From: Albugo candida | Lineage: Eukaryota | Length of the DNA stretch: 64,000 nt | Direction of reading: 5' to 3' | NCBI GenBank assembly: GCA_040437565.1 | Contig: JBDOQK010000033.1 | Coordinates: 124,001-188,000, forward strand | In this document: positions 49,136 to 60,403 of the stretch, piece by piece | Numbering within the stretch: position 1 is the first letter of the stretch | Layout: every line of letters begins with the position of its first letter | The notes under the pieces: model-generated | The model's input: the letters and a program-made list of their open reading frames with translations, nothing else | Databases searched by the model: none | Told to the model about the DNA's origin: nothing | Made by a program: the position numbers and the translations under genes

Positions 49136-49433
49136 TTAGTATCGAGGATCCACAGAGCGCGCCCAATTCTAGAAAGGAGTGATTCAGCATAAGGAAATGG
49201 TCTCGAAGTGTACCACCTTGTAATCTGGATTGTACTTAAATTGGGAAGTATCCAGGAACAAAAGATCAGCCAAGAATATCATGCTCAGGAAGATGACCAG
49301 TGTAGCCTGTCAAGGAGATTGATACAGTTTTTTAGTGAAAAGATCTTTCACGTACCCAAAGGATCCATGCATCCGACGCAAACGCCACGAACGTGAAGAA
49401 TAAAAGCAAAAATATCTGCAATCGGTGATGCAT
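49136..49433 (-). CDS. 66-aa two-helix membrane microprotein, 3 exons (49433-49356, 49306-49217, 49168-49136)
   Basis: Canonical phase-0 GT-AG introns of 49 and 48 nt give MHHRLQIFLLLFFTFVAFASDAWILWATLVIFLSMIFLADLLFLDTSQFKYNPDYKNWARSVDPRY*. Confidence 0.7.
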
Positions 49434-49488
49434 TTTTGAATTTTGTTTCCGACGATTCAAGTTCTTTTATTATCCAATCAAATGTGAT

Positions 49489-50136
49489 CTAATCTACGAC
49501 GTTTGATTGAGCGAAAAAAGATCGTTGAGCTTGCATTAGAAATTCATTCGATATTGCAAACTTTTCCTGCGAAGCTCTTAATTCTTTATACAACTGCTCG
49601 GAAACAACGCCACGGCTAAGATCATCAGCCATCACTTCAACAGATCGAGAACTCACGACTCCTTTCATATTCAGTCTACTCTGTGTCAGTTTTGGTGAGA
49701 TTACTTGTGACTTTCTCGGGGGAATTGGAGTCTGATAGCAAGCCGACATGGTTCTCCAATTTGATTGGTGAGAACTCCTCAGCGGTTTTTCTACTTTCGC
49801 TACCATCATTCCAACCTGCTTTGGTGCAATTGGGTAAAGTTGCTGCCGTTCGCTTTTATCATTTGTGCAATGTTGCAGTTTTTTCGCACAGTCAAAGGCT
49901 TCCTGCAGAAGCAAGGAATCGATTGAGACGGATTCGCATGCATCAGGACGTCTTTGTGGCAGTAGTGGGAGAGTCTTGACTTGTTTTTTTTCAAATTCCG
50001 GTCGTCTCTGATACATTGACAGATTCGGTGCAGGTGTTTTGAGAAAATTCTCTACCTCACTCCATATATCCCCATCATTATTCGTATTTCTGTTTTTGTC
50101 AGATTTTAGCTTGGAATTAGGTACAGGCGAACTCAT
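49489..50136 (-). CDS. Hypothetical protein with a C-terminal helical/coiled-coil segment
   Basis: About 215-aa ORF from MSSPVPN with WSEVENFL and LYKELRASQ segments. No family recognised. Confidence 0.65.
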   Translation of the reverse strand: MSSPVPNSKLKSDKNRNTNNDGDIWSEVENFLKTPAPNLSMYQRRPEFEKKQVKTLPLLPQRRPDACESVSIDSLLLQEAFDCAKKLQHCTNDKSERQQLYPIAPKQVGMMVAKVEKPLRSSHQSNWRTMSACYQTPIPPRKSQVISPKLTQSRLNMKGVVSSRSVEVMADDLSRGVVSEQLYKELRASQEKFAISNEFLMQAQRSFFAQSNVVD

Positions 50137-50200
50137 ATTGCGATGTGATAGCGCAACTCCTGCTATAAATGGCTGAAGAGGTCTAATTATATACTTTATA

Positions 50201-51144
50201 TTATACAAGCACATAAAAGACAATCGGATTTCCGAGCCAACACAGTAAAAGCTGGACCAGTGCTCGAGCCACTAATCCCGATACAACAATGACAGCTGCT
50301 TCTACTGTACTCTGTCGAGCGTTCGTCATTCTTGCCGTTGCATTTTCATCTGTTCTTTTTTCTAAAAAAAGCCGTAGAGCCAAAACATTAGCGCAAAACA
50401 CAATACCACCCATTACATGGAAAAACGTCCAATGATATTCCCAGATCACGCTTAGTACTGCAATTATTTTCCCAAAGCACGATAGACACCAAGTACCAAT
50501 AAATTGGACCCAAAATTCAATATCCCAGCAATGAGCTCCTTTTACATTCTTTAGACGACGACGCTGCCACTGGAGCTTCCACGGATCCCAAAGTATCACG
50601 GAAGCCATTGTCATGACGCAAGAAAGATTCTCCAAAAATGCCATAATAATTAGTTGGATAGAAAATTGACTTAGGCGAAATCCTGACAGAAGCTGTTGTT
50701 TTGAGCCAAGTGCGAGAGAAAAACCAAATGTTGGAGTGGTTTCATGAACTTCTGATTCATTGCTGGAGTTTACACGGATACCTCGCTGACAATCGAGCAA
50801 GTATGCCTTCACATTCATGTCCAGCATCACGAGAACAAGGAACATCCGCCATACCGTTTTCTATGATAGAATAACACAATGTTACGTAAAAAACAGCAGA
50901 GAAAAACATTATTTTTGCGCACTAGACTGAATGGTGTGGAACGATTATATAAAACGTGGCGATAAACTTGATGTTTGAAGAGCATGAGGTCCAAAAACAA
51001 CAGGAAGGGTTCATACTCGACATATTTATCGCATATCTGATTACAGTGTTCGCAGATGCATAAATGAATATTCTTATCGCCGCCACCGTAATCCCGCACT
51101 AATAACGGCACAGAAGCACCGCATTCGACACATACGAATCCCAT
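50201..51144 (-). CDS. ARV1: ARV1 family ER sterol/GPI homeostasis protein, 2 exons
   Basis: CVECG..LCICEHC..CDKYVEYE..LDLML..YRHVLYN (Arv1 homology domain), an intron at ~50862-50921 and downstream TM helices. Confidence 0.92.
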
Positions 51145-51220
51145 TTTAATGTTTATTCCGAATGTAGTGAACTTTAGTGTGTCACGAATTCGCTGTGGAA
51201 TCTTTTTTTGCTACGAGTTT

Positions 51221-52537
51221 ATGACGTTTGCTGCATGGCCTTTGGGTCTAATTCTGTCGGCATGCTCGAGCATCTTTGGAATCATGGGAAAACTACTGCT
51301 GAAGCTAGCCCATAATCAACGTGAATTTGAAGAGTACGAAAAAGAAACGAATCAAACAAATCAAAAAGTGAAACCAAAATGGGTGCATTCGAACGGATGG
51401 TGTGTCTACTTTTGCGCTGGTCTATTCGCAATGCTAGTATTAAATCCTTTGCTCGCTTCTTTGGCGTATTGCTTTGCTTCTCAATCTCTGCTTGCTCCAA
51501 TGGGAGGGCTGACAATAGGGTGGAACACCTTGCTAGGTCCTTTAGTTCTCCCACACGAACAACTTGCGAAAAATGATTTTGCTGGAGCGTTTCTTATTTT
51601 TTCGGGCTGTATATTAGTTGGATTCTCTGGAACGCATAGTACGGTAAATATACCCATAAATGAGATGGGCTCAAGGTTTCAAAGCCTTCCGTTTGTTCTA
51701 TATATCGTGCTGGCTGTTATTTTTCTAGCTTTTTTGGTGTACAATGCTCGTGGCCCATTATGGAAAGATAACACTCTTGTAATCCCTGATCGGGAAACGG
51801 TGTTAGCAGCCGCAGATTCGCCTCAAGTCGAGCGCGATGTCAATTTGGAAAGCACGCGAAGCGAAAAGACGACCGATGCAGACGGTGGATCTTTGGAAGA
51901 ATCAAGTACACCGCTATTAACTCACCCGCGGAAGACTTTGGAATTTTCGAAACCCTCACGAATCTGTATGAGCATTTTATCAGGCGTTGTGAGCGGCCAG
52001 TTATTTTTTTTGGCGGCTTTGATGCAACTGCTTCACGATGAAAGCGGATATCATATTTGGCATTTTCCAGTCACTTACGTTTGCCTCATTGGCTCAATTG
52101 TCGGAGCCTTAACTGGTCTATATCTGCTTAATGTAGCCTTGCAGGTGGATGATGCAGTGATGGTTATATACCTCTACGAAGCTAGCTACATTCTCGCTGG
52201 AGCCATCTCGGGTTTATGTTTTTTTCAAGATATGAAGCATATGCCAACATGGCACTACATCGTCTACTCATTTAGTTTATGTCTCATCATGTGCGGTATT
52301 TATGTCGTCGCACAACGCAAAGATCAAGACCAGGAAGACGGAAGCTTTCTACTCCCGCTTCTCGTCGCACCTGCCGCGGTACAAGCTCATCCATCTTCTC
52401 GAGTTCTTTTTCGGAGAACTTCATCGTACCATATTAACCGTCATTCAGCTTCTCCGCGTCATCAGCTTTGTCGTAAAAACTATAAGGCTGATACTTTGCG
52501 TCGAAAGTCATTTCCATACGCAACGGTGCAACTTTAA
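51221..52537 (+). CDS. NIPA-type Mg2+ transporter/DMT superfamily protein
   Basis: GKLLLKLAH, AYCFASQSLLAPMG, LNVALQ and ISGLCFFQD motifs, with about 9 TM helices. Confidence 0.85.
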   Translation: MTFAAWPLGLILSACSSIFGIMGKLLLKLAHNQREFEEYEKETNQTNQKVKPKWVHSNGWCVYFCAGLFAMLVLNPLLASLAYCFASQSLLAPMGGLTIGWNTLLGPLVLPHEQLAKNDFAGAFLIFSGCILVGFSGTHSTVNIPINEMGSRFQSLPFVLYIVLAVIFLAFLVYNARGPLWKDNTLVIPDRETVLAAADSPQVERDVNLESTRSEKTTDADGGSLEESSTPLLTHPRKTLEFSKPSRICMSILSGVVSGQLFFLAALMQLLHDESGYHIWHFPVTYVCLIGSIVGALTGLYLLNVALQVDDAVMVIYLYEASYILAGAISGLCFFQDMKHMPTWHYIVYSFSLCLIMCGIYVVAQRKDQDQEDGSFLLPLLVAPAAVQAHPSSRVLFRRTSSYHINRHSASPRHQLCRKNYKADTLRRKSFPYATVQL

Positions 52538-52575
52538 CGTGTTCGTAACATTGAACACTTAACAAATAACATTTA

Positions 52576-52906
52576 TCAGTCATCATAACTAGCAACTTGA
52601 TCGTATTGGTAGCCTTTCCAACCGCGAAAGCTGCCATAAAGCTGGAAAGTGGCATATGAGCCAGGAATAAAAGCTACAGAGAGCATCAGCTCACAATGAC
52701 AGAGAGCATCAGCTCACAATGAATCGTTATTTGAAATAAAGCGTACCAATCAATCCAAGCATAAAAATTGACAAACCGCGCCGCTCTTCGTCTAATCCGA
52801 TGACTGTGCTTACATAGATTAGCACAGAGCCGACGGTGAACAAAGCAGCTGCGGCCAGGCCAGTCCGGATAGGAAATTTACGTCTCCGATTGTAGTAGCT
52901 GGACAT
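52576..52906 (-). CDS. TMEM230/TMEM134-like small membrane protein, 2 exons
   Basis: FPIRTGLAAAALFTVG...MLGLI|AFIPGSYATFQLYGSFRGWKGYQYDQVASYDD*, with an intron at ~52674-52746. Confidence 0.85.
52676..52721. repeat. 23-bp tandem duplication inside an intron
   Basis: acagagagcatcagctcacaatg occurs twice. Confidence 0.85.
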
Positions 52907-55559
52907 ATCGATCGATTGTATATGTTGAATAATGATAATTTCCCGTCTTAATCGTGTATTGGTCAAAATAGTACAAGCGCAGCATTGAAGACATAAAATA
53001 TGCCCAATCCCAACGACTTGTCGTAGATTGATTCGAATTAGCTAGTTCCAATGCCAGTTATTGGTGCTATTGGTAATATATCGGAAATGCATTGTGGTAA
53101 GTATGATGGACGATCAAATGTTTTAACCACACGAAGCGTAACAGCGATAATGAACGCGTTCTTTATCGACTCATGCGAGACTGATAACATCACGCGGGTG
53201 TTTGTATCTATGCGATAAGGTTCACACTTGTCAGTCGGATATATTCGAGTCCGTCTGGATTTTGAATTTATATAACCGAGCAGCCCGATCTGTATCATCT
53301 GTGGCCGCATCAGTTTTCTACTTTATAGATCCAGTGGGTAAAGCATATTTGTCACGACAACCTTAAAGTTCTGGAAAAAATGTCCTTCATATCAGAGCAT
53401 ACATATTGCAGTTAGCAAAATGTTGCCGGTAAAAGAGAACGAGCTTGCATGAGTACGAGTCAATTCAAGAAGTAGCACAAAGCTTCCACGCCTGACTGAG
53501 GAATGGTTTAGTGCGTATGCACAGTCTTCTTTTCTTACTACTAAATCAGTCAATGTAGAGAAATGATAAAAGAAAGAGATTGATTGCTTGCTCTACTCGG
53601 TCAATATACAAGCTTGTAAATGTTGAATGGTTTGCGCCCTCCAAACCAATGTGTCATTATTTCGAATAGAGTCCCAGTCTTGTGGTGTCCNNNNNNNNNN
53701 NNNNNNNNNNNNNNNNNNNNNNNNNNNNNNNNNNNNNNNNNNNNNNNNNNNNNNNNNNNNNNNNNNNNNNNNNNNNNNNNNNNNNNNNNNGAATCTGTAT
53801 GAGCATTTTATCAGGCGTTGTGAGCGGCCAGTTATTTTTTTTGGCGGCTTTGATGCGACTGCTTCACGATGAAAGCGGATATCATATTTGGCATTTTCCA
53901 GTCACTTACGTTTGCCTCATTGGCTCAATTGTCGGAGCCTTAACTGGTCTATATCTGCTTAATGTAGCCTTGCAGGTGGATGATGCAGTGATGGTTATAT
54001 ACCTCTACGAAGCTAGCTACATTCTCGCTGGAGCCATCTCGGGTTTATGTTTTTTTCAAGATATGAAGCATATGCCAACATGGCACTACATCGTCTACTC
54101 ATTTAGTTTATGTCTCATCATGTGCGGTATTTATGTCGTCGCACAACGCAAAGATCAAGACCAGGAAGACGGAAGCTTTCTACTCCCGCTTCTCGTCGCA
54201 CCTGCCGCGGTACAAGCTCATCCATCTTCTCGAGTTCTTTTTCGGAGAACTTCATCGTACCATATTAACCGTCATTCAGCTTCTCCGCGTCATCAGCTTT
54301 GTCGTAAAAACTATAAGGCTGATACTTTGCGTCGAAAGTCATTTCCATACGCAACGGTGCAACTTTAACGTGTTCGTAACATTGAACACTTAACAAATAA
54401 CATTTATCAGTCATCATAACTAGCAACTTGATCGTATTGGTAGCCTTTCCAACCGCGAAAGCTGCCATAAAGCTGGAAAGTGGCATATGAGCCAGGAATA
54501 AAAGCTACAGAGAGCATCAGCTCACAATGACAGAGAGCATCAGCTCACAATGAATCGTTATTTGAAATAAAGCGTACCAATCAATCCAAGCATAAAAATT
54601 GACAAACCGCGCCGCTCTTCGTCTAATCCGATGACTGTGCTTACATAGATTAGCACAGAGCCGACGGTGAACAAAGCAGCTGCGGCCAGGCCAGTCCGGA
54701 TAGGAAATTTACGTCTCCGATTGTAGTAGCTGGACATATCGATCGATTGTATATGTTGAATAATGATAATTTCCCGTCTTAATCGTGTATTGGTCAAAAT
54801 AGTACAAGCGCAGCATTGAAGACATAAAATATGCCCAATCCCAACGACTTGTCGTAGATTGATTCGAATTAGCTAGTTCCAATGCCAGTTATTGGTGCTA
54901 TTGGTAATATATCGGAAATGCATTGTGGTAAGTATGATGGACGATCAAATGTTTTAACCACACGAAGCGTAACAGCGATAATGAACGCGTTCTTTATCGA
55001 CTCATGCGAGACTGATAACATCACGCGGGTGTTTGTATCTATGCGATAAGGTTCACACTTGTCAGTCGGATATATTCGAGTCCGTCTGGATTTTGAATTT
55101 ATATAACCGAGCAGCCCGATCTGTATCATCTGTGGCCGCATCAGTTTTCTACTTTATAGATCCAGTGGGTAAAGCATATTTGTCACGACAACCTTAAAGT
55201 TCTGGAAAAAATGTCCTTCATATCAGAGCATACATATTGCAGTTAGCAAAATGTTGCCGGTAAAAGAGAACGAGCTTGCATGAGTACGAGTCAATTCAAG
55301 AAGTAGCACAAAGCTTCCACGCCTGACTGAGGAATGGTTTAGTGCGTATGCACAGTCTTCTTTTCTTACTACTAAATCAGTCAATGTAGAGAAATGATAA
55401 AAGAAAGAGATTGATTGCTTGCTCTACTCGGTCAATATACAAGCTTGTAAATGTTGAATGGTTTGCGCCCTCCAAACCAATGTGTCATTATTTCGAATAG
55501 AGTCCCAGTCTTGTGGTGTCCATCTAATCTAGGACTTGATTACTTCCACATCGTACCTG

Positions 55560-56264
55560 ATGGAAGGTCGAGGCTCTGCATCGATCCACTTATCGACAAA
55601 AGCGCATATTTTAGACCGACCAATTCCAAAAGGAAAGCACGAAGTCAATCTAAGCGCATTTTCCTTTTTGTTCTCTGAGATGGTGCAGTACTTTCAAAAA
55701 AGAGTGCAAAATATATCGGATCTCGAGAAACGGTTGGTGAAGTGCTTTGTTTTCACCCTCTTCTTCTATAAAACATCCTTGATTAAGCCTAGAAGACGCG
55801 GGTTATAATTTTGGAGTTCGTTTCGTTGAATTGATAATTTATCGTGAGCGAGCTGGGCGACGTGAAACGCGATTTTTGGGCATGCTCCAGGTAAAGTTTT
55901 TACATTCGAACCACATCCGTTTACGCACACTCGTACCTTGTAGTTTCTAGTGTCGACGTGCTGGAAGGCTTTATTCGGCAAAGCTGCCGACGCATTAGAA
56001 AGAAGTACGACGAATGAGAACGAATACATGATTCATGAACTCGATCCTATCACAAACAAATTCATATCCATCCCATCTGATCTTGGACAATTAGATTGTG
56101 CAGCTTATGTTGCTGGTATTGTTCGTGGCATTCTAACCAGTAGCGGTTTTGCATCGAATGTCACCGCCCACACTGTGGAGGCTGATAACACGTACGGTCG
56201 GAGAACAGTATTTCTAGTCAAATTTGAGAGTTTTGTGATAAAACGTGAACGGTTGTTAACATGA
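55560..56264 (+). CDS. TRAPPC5: TRAPP complex subunit 5 (Trs31), 3 exons
   Basis: ILDRPIPKGKHEVNLSAFSFLFSEMVQY, LEDAGYNFG..RRETR, WKALFGKAADALE and LDCAAYVAGIVRG motifs. Confidence 0.95.
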
Positions 56265-56834
56265 ATTCACGTATTTGAAGCTCTATAAGAGTCACTTTGC
56301 ACATGCCTATAGTTCAATGAATAAATTGGTGCAACATGCCGCATGCATACAATTTCCAAGTCTCTTTCTCTCATATTCAGCGAGCGCAGCGCAATCAGCA
56401 TCAGGCAAGGATCGAGTGCTGATAGCTAGAAAATCGCAAGTAACCGAACTACTTTATGCGTGGTGCTCGAATGCACCAAGTGGCTCGCTTATAATGCCAA
56501 TATACCGTATCGGCACATACTTTGTGTTGCGAGAGCTAATAGTCGCATAAGCCTACCTATCTCTATAGCGAAACTGGACCGTCATGCAGAACGAAAAGGT
56601 TAAGTGGACCACCAAGTACGGTAGCGATGTGCCCGCATTCATCTCAACTAAGATGGTGTACCATCAATCTTCTTCCGCGATAATAAGCGCCTGTACTGAT
56701 TGTTTAATTAGTTAGTATGATGACTGCACGGAGCATTTGACTTGCATAAAATACCATCAGACAACGGGCAGTTATGATGCGTGTTACTAACCTTAGTTTC
56801 ATGTTACATCGTTGCCATTCATTTTTAGGCAAAC

Positions 56835-57892
56835 ATGCGACCAATTCTGCTTAAAGGACACTCACGATCCATCACCATGGTCAAATATAATCGTGAAGGG
56901 GATCTCCTTGTATCCTGTGCGAAAGATAATTCCCCAAACTTATGGTACAGCCAAACCGGTGAGCGAATTGGGACTTATGAGGGACATACTGGTTCTTTAT
57001 GGGCATGTGATATCTCATACCATTCTACCTATCTATTGACTGCTTCCGCTGATTCTACCGTAAAACTATGGGATCTGCCAACTGGGAAATGTTTGTTTAC
57101 TTTTAAGCACACTGGTCCGGTCCGAAGTGTTCAATTCAGCTTGGGGGATAGATATTTCGTCTCTGTTTGTGACAAGTTTGTGGATCATCCAGCAACTATC
57201 TCTGTATACGCGTTACCAAATGATGTGAATCAGTGTAAGTGTGCAAATTACATAAATATATGTATATGTACACTAAGCTGAATGTACTCATTGTAGTGGT
57301 TGATCAGCCGATTTTGAAGATTACCAACCATGGATTCAATGGACGTATCACCGGAGCGTACTGGATGCCACTTAACACATCAATCCTAGCTTCAGGTGGA
57401 GACGGAGGGCTCAAGTTATTTGACCCAAAATCAGGTAAAGTCCTTAAAGAATGCAAAATTCATTCTGGAGATATCACAAATATCAGCTTCAACAAATTGA
57501 AAACACTTGCCATCACGTCTTCGAAAGACAACACCGCGAAATTAGTTGATGTGGAAACGCTCGATGTGCTGAAAACTTATGAAACAGATCGACCGGTAAA
57601 TTCCGCCGCAATATCACCGATTCGGGAGCATGTTGTATTAGGTGGTGGTCAAGAAGCAATGTCTGTTACAACAACTTCAGGTCAAGTTGGGAAATTTGAA
57701 GCCCGTTTTTTTCACATGGTGTTCCAAGAAGAATTTGCACGAGTCAAAGGTCATTTTGGTCCAATCAACACGATAGCATTCCACCCAGACGGCAAAAGCT
57801 ACGTAAGCGGTGCAGAAGATGGTTATGTACGTTTACATCATTTCGACGAAGATTATTTTACTACCAATTGGGTCGGCCCAAAGAAAGGATAG
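56835..57892 (+). CDS. EIF3I: Translation initiation factor 3 subunit I (WD40), 2 exons
   Basis: MRPILLKGHSRSIT, GGGQEAMSVTTTS, VKGHFGPIN and EDGYVRLH motifs, with an intron at ~57235-57297. Confidence 0.97.
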
Positions 57893-58058
57893 CTTGAATA
57901 AATTCTTATCAATCTGTGCGGTTATGTGTTTCAATTTATATTTACCACATTGTTTCGATGTCTTATTTTCCCACCATCGTCTTCTGCAAATGATTATGTA
58001 AAGTCATGATATTGTACATCTCGAAAACTCGATGTCTCATTTTCAATATTCATCTGTA

Positions 58059-59054
58059 ATGGAAGACACCGTGCGATATTTGGCAGACCTCAAGAAAAAA
58101 TATGTTCATCAGGTGGAGCACATAATGTACGTAATTACTCGATTTTTACAAATCGTAATCTAAGTCTGTAATTATAGTGACGACTGGGATTTTCAGTCTT
58201 TGCCACCAGACTCACGTCGACCGTTTCTTGAGGAGGAGATCATTAGCGAGATTGTTGATGATATAGCGCCAGACGTGAATGCAATCCAATTTATCCACGC
58301 ACTACCCACTCGGTGGTGTGGACTCTCTTTGACACAAGAGTTGGCTGATTTGGATTGCGATACTGACCCGAAATCGTATCAAAGTTATGAACAACATTTA
58401 GTGTATCTGTGCACACGAGCTAACGGTATCACGGGGATTCCGGAACCGGAGTTCCTTGACCGATTTGTACAGAGAAGCTACGTTTTGGATGTGTTTGGGA
58501 CAATTAGCGCACTTATCGCACGGCTTGAAGAGACAAAGTGGCAAGTACGATGTAAAGCGCTTGTTTTGTTGAAGGCGCTATTACTGCAGAATACTGGATT
58601 TGGAGGACATGTTGCACTAGAGGCGGCAACTGCGTATTTCCGGGTCATGCGACAACATCCGGAGCTCTTGGGGCGGTTGCATAGACTTTCCATTGAGGAT
58701 CGAAATGCTCGTGTCAGAGATGAAGCGTGTAAATTGCGATCAATAATCTTATCAGGTGAAGAAAACGCACTTTGTAGGGGAAATACTGTGTCCCCGGAAC
58801 GTATCATACAGAAGAACCGGCCACCGATCCTTTTGGAAATGGAAGAGCCCACAATTCCACATAAAGTAACGCTATCACCACGAGTAGCCATGATGGCATT
58901 GGCTTCTTGGAAGCGCAAGAAGCAGTACAGCGGAGATAAAGTGGAGCTGGGGTCAAAATTTGACGACGTGAACGACTGTTTTCAAGCAGACTTGTCACCT
59001 GCTGGATTGAGAAAACCTGAACTTCCATTCATCAGCTCGATATTTCGAGTGTAA
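58059..59054 (+). CDS. Hypothetical protein with a helical ENTH/VHS-like segment, 2 exons
   Basis: Exon 1 MEDTVRYL...VEHI splices in frame to ORF 58200. KWQVRCKALVLLKALL resembles tepsin/ENTH-type helices. Confidence 0.6.
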
Positions 59055-59174
59055 TTTTAAATAAAATTGAGTTGATAGTCCTCGCTGGTCCTGATGATCC
59101 TGAGTTATCATGATGCTACGCATTTAGTGTGTTCCTACACATCCGAATGCAATTCGATACGAAATGTACACCTT

Positions 59175-60365
59175 TCATTTACTGCGAATGCTTTTTGCAC
59201 GGCAATGGTTTTCATGTTGTCGTAGCGCTCGTACTTGTTTGAATTCTGCATGACACAAGTCACAAACTTGAACTTGGCCTTCCGTTGGAATTAACTCTTT
59301 TAAATGCCGATCCAATTGTTCCCTAGAAGGAAAGTCTTCGCGGCAAATGGAACACTTCCAATCTTTCGCAGCACCCTTTTGTTGACTCTGAATGGATGAA
59401 TGCTTCTCTTCGTACATCCAATCCGGTAATACCAGTGGGTTTTTACCATGTTTCGCGACATTGTGCTCGTTGAGTGCGTCTTGACATTTAAAAGTTCGGC
59501 TGCACAAAATGCACTCAACACGGTGCGAATCGCTTTGTGATACTCCGAGCACATGGACCATGTGAAAATGCGTTTCGTTTCCTTGTGCAGTCCGAAATGA
59601 TTTACCGCAATCTTTACACTGAAATTTCGGGAGATGGGTCACTTTCTCTTTTTCTTCATCTTTGTTATACTTCGCGATGAATTCCTCGATCGAGCACGAG
59701 GTTTCGTCCGAGTGTGCTGCAGTCCAGATGCATAAAATACTTGGCTGCTGTATCTGCTGGCCAAACATCAAAACGTTCTCAAACGATTTTCCATTCTGAT
59801 GCCGTTTGCGATCGTACTGAACTCTATAGTAGTCGCTAAAGAGCCCGCAGTATTGGAGATAAAATCCAGCCCATTTGGCGCGTTCTTGCACTTTCCATTG
59901 CTCCAATTGATTCAATGTGAGTGTCACATGTATCTCTCCGCATTCAGGGCGTAAGATCTCTCTGCAAGAATCGAAGAAATGTGATAAAAGCCTTAGATGT
60001 TGCTTCCGGTTCTCGTGTCCAAGATGAGGATGATGAAAGATAATTATATCCAGTGGAAATAGTGACCCCGTTTTAGTGACCTCATCACAGTAACAGCCGT
60101 CGGAAGATATGGCATCCTGAATGGATTCTTTCAGGCTGATCGCATTCACGCGATGTAGGACAATTGCACCAAGTTGCTTCAATTTTGCGCAAATTGATGA
60201 GACCTCAGGATACTTTGTCACAAGCTCGTGGAAGCTGTCATAAGAAGACGCAATAAGGCGAAAAGAGTCGTGTTGAAGCTTTAAGTATTTAAAGTACGCT
60301 AATGAGAAGGAAAAGTTTCCATCTCCGACGGTTACGATGCGTAATGGCTGGTCGCTGTGTGGCAT
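59175..60365 (-). CDS. BMT5/DUF2431-type methyltransferase-like domain fused to C2H2 zinc fingers
   Basis: VGDGNFSFS, SSYDS, FHHPH and GEIHVTL motifs, followed by four CxxC...H(x3-4)H/C fingers. Confidence 0.85.
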   Translation of the reverse strand: MPHSDQPLRIVTVGDGNFSFSLAYFKYLKLQHDSFRLIASSYDSFHELVTKYPEVSSICAKLKQLGAIVLHRVNAISLKESIQDAISSDGCYCDEVTKTGSLFPLDIIIFHHPHLGHENRKQHLRLLSHFFDSCREILRPECGEIHVTLTLNQLEQWKVQERAKWAGFYLQYCGLFSDYYRVQYDRKRHQNGKSFENVLMFGQQIQQPSILCIWTAAHSDETSCSIEEFIAKYNKDEEKEKVTHLPKFQCKDCGKSFRTAQGNETHFHMVHVLGVSQSDSHRVECILCSRTFKCQDALNEHNVAKHGKNPLVLPDWMYEEKHSSIQSQQKGAAKDWKCSICREDFPSREQLDRHLKELIPTEGQVQVCDLCHAEFKQVRALRQHENHCRAKSIRSK

Positions 60366-60403
60366 GATGAGGTTGTACGAAGGTGAATAGGTTACATTCT
60401 CGG

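Larger units (their letters stand above)
51960..55521. repeat. Gap-flanking duplicate 51960-53690 = 53791-55521, containing second copies of the NIPA 3' half and the TMEM230-like gene
   Basis: Offset 1831. One difference was noticed, A52026 vs G53857 (Q vs R). Confidence 0.9.

Noticed and set aside
17354-51144. Lipid-metabolism gene cluster (sphingosine kinase, START, VASt, CTL, ARV1)
   Set aside because: The genes are spread over 34 kb among unrelated genes, with no evidence beyond chance.
53791-54740. Second NIPA and TMEM230-like gene copies
   Set aside because: They are part of the gap-flanking duplicate and most likely the same locus or its other haplotype.
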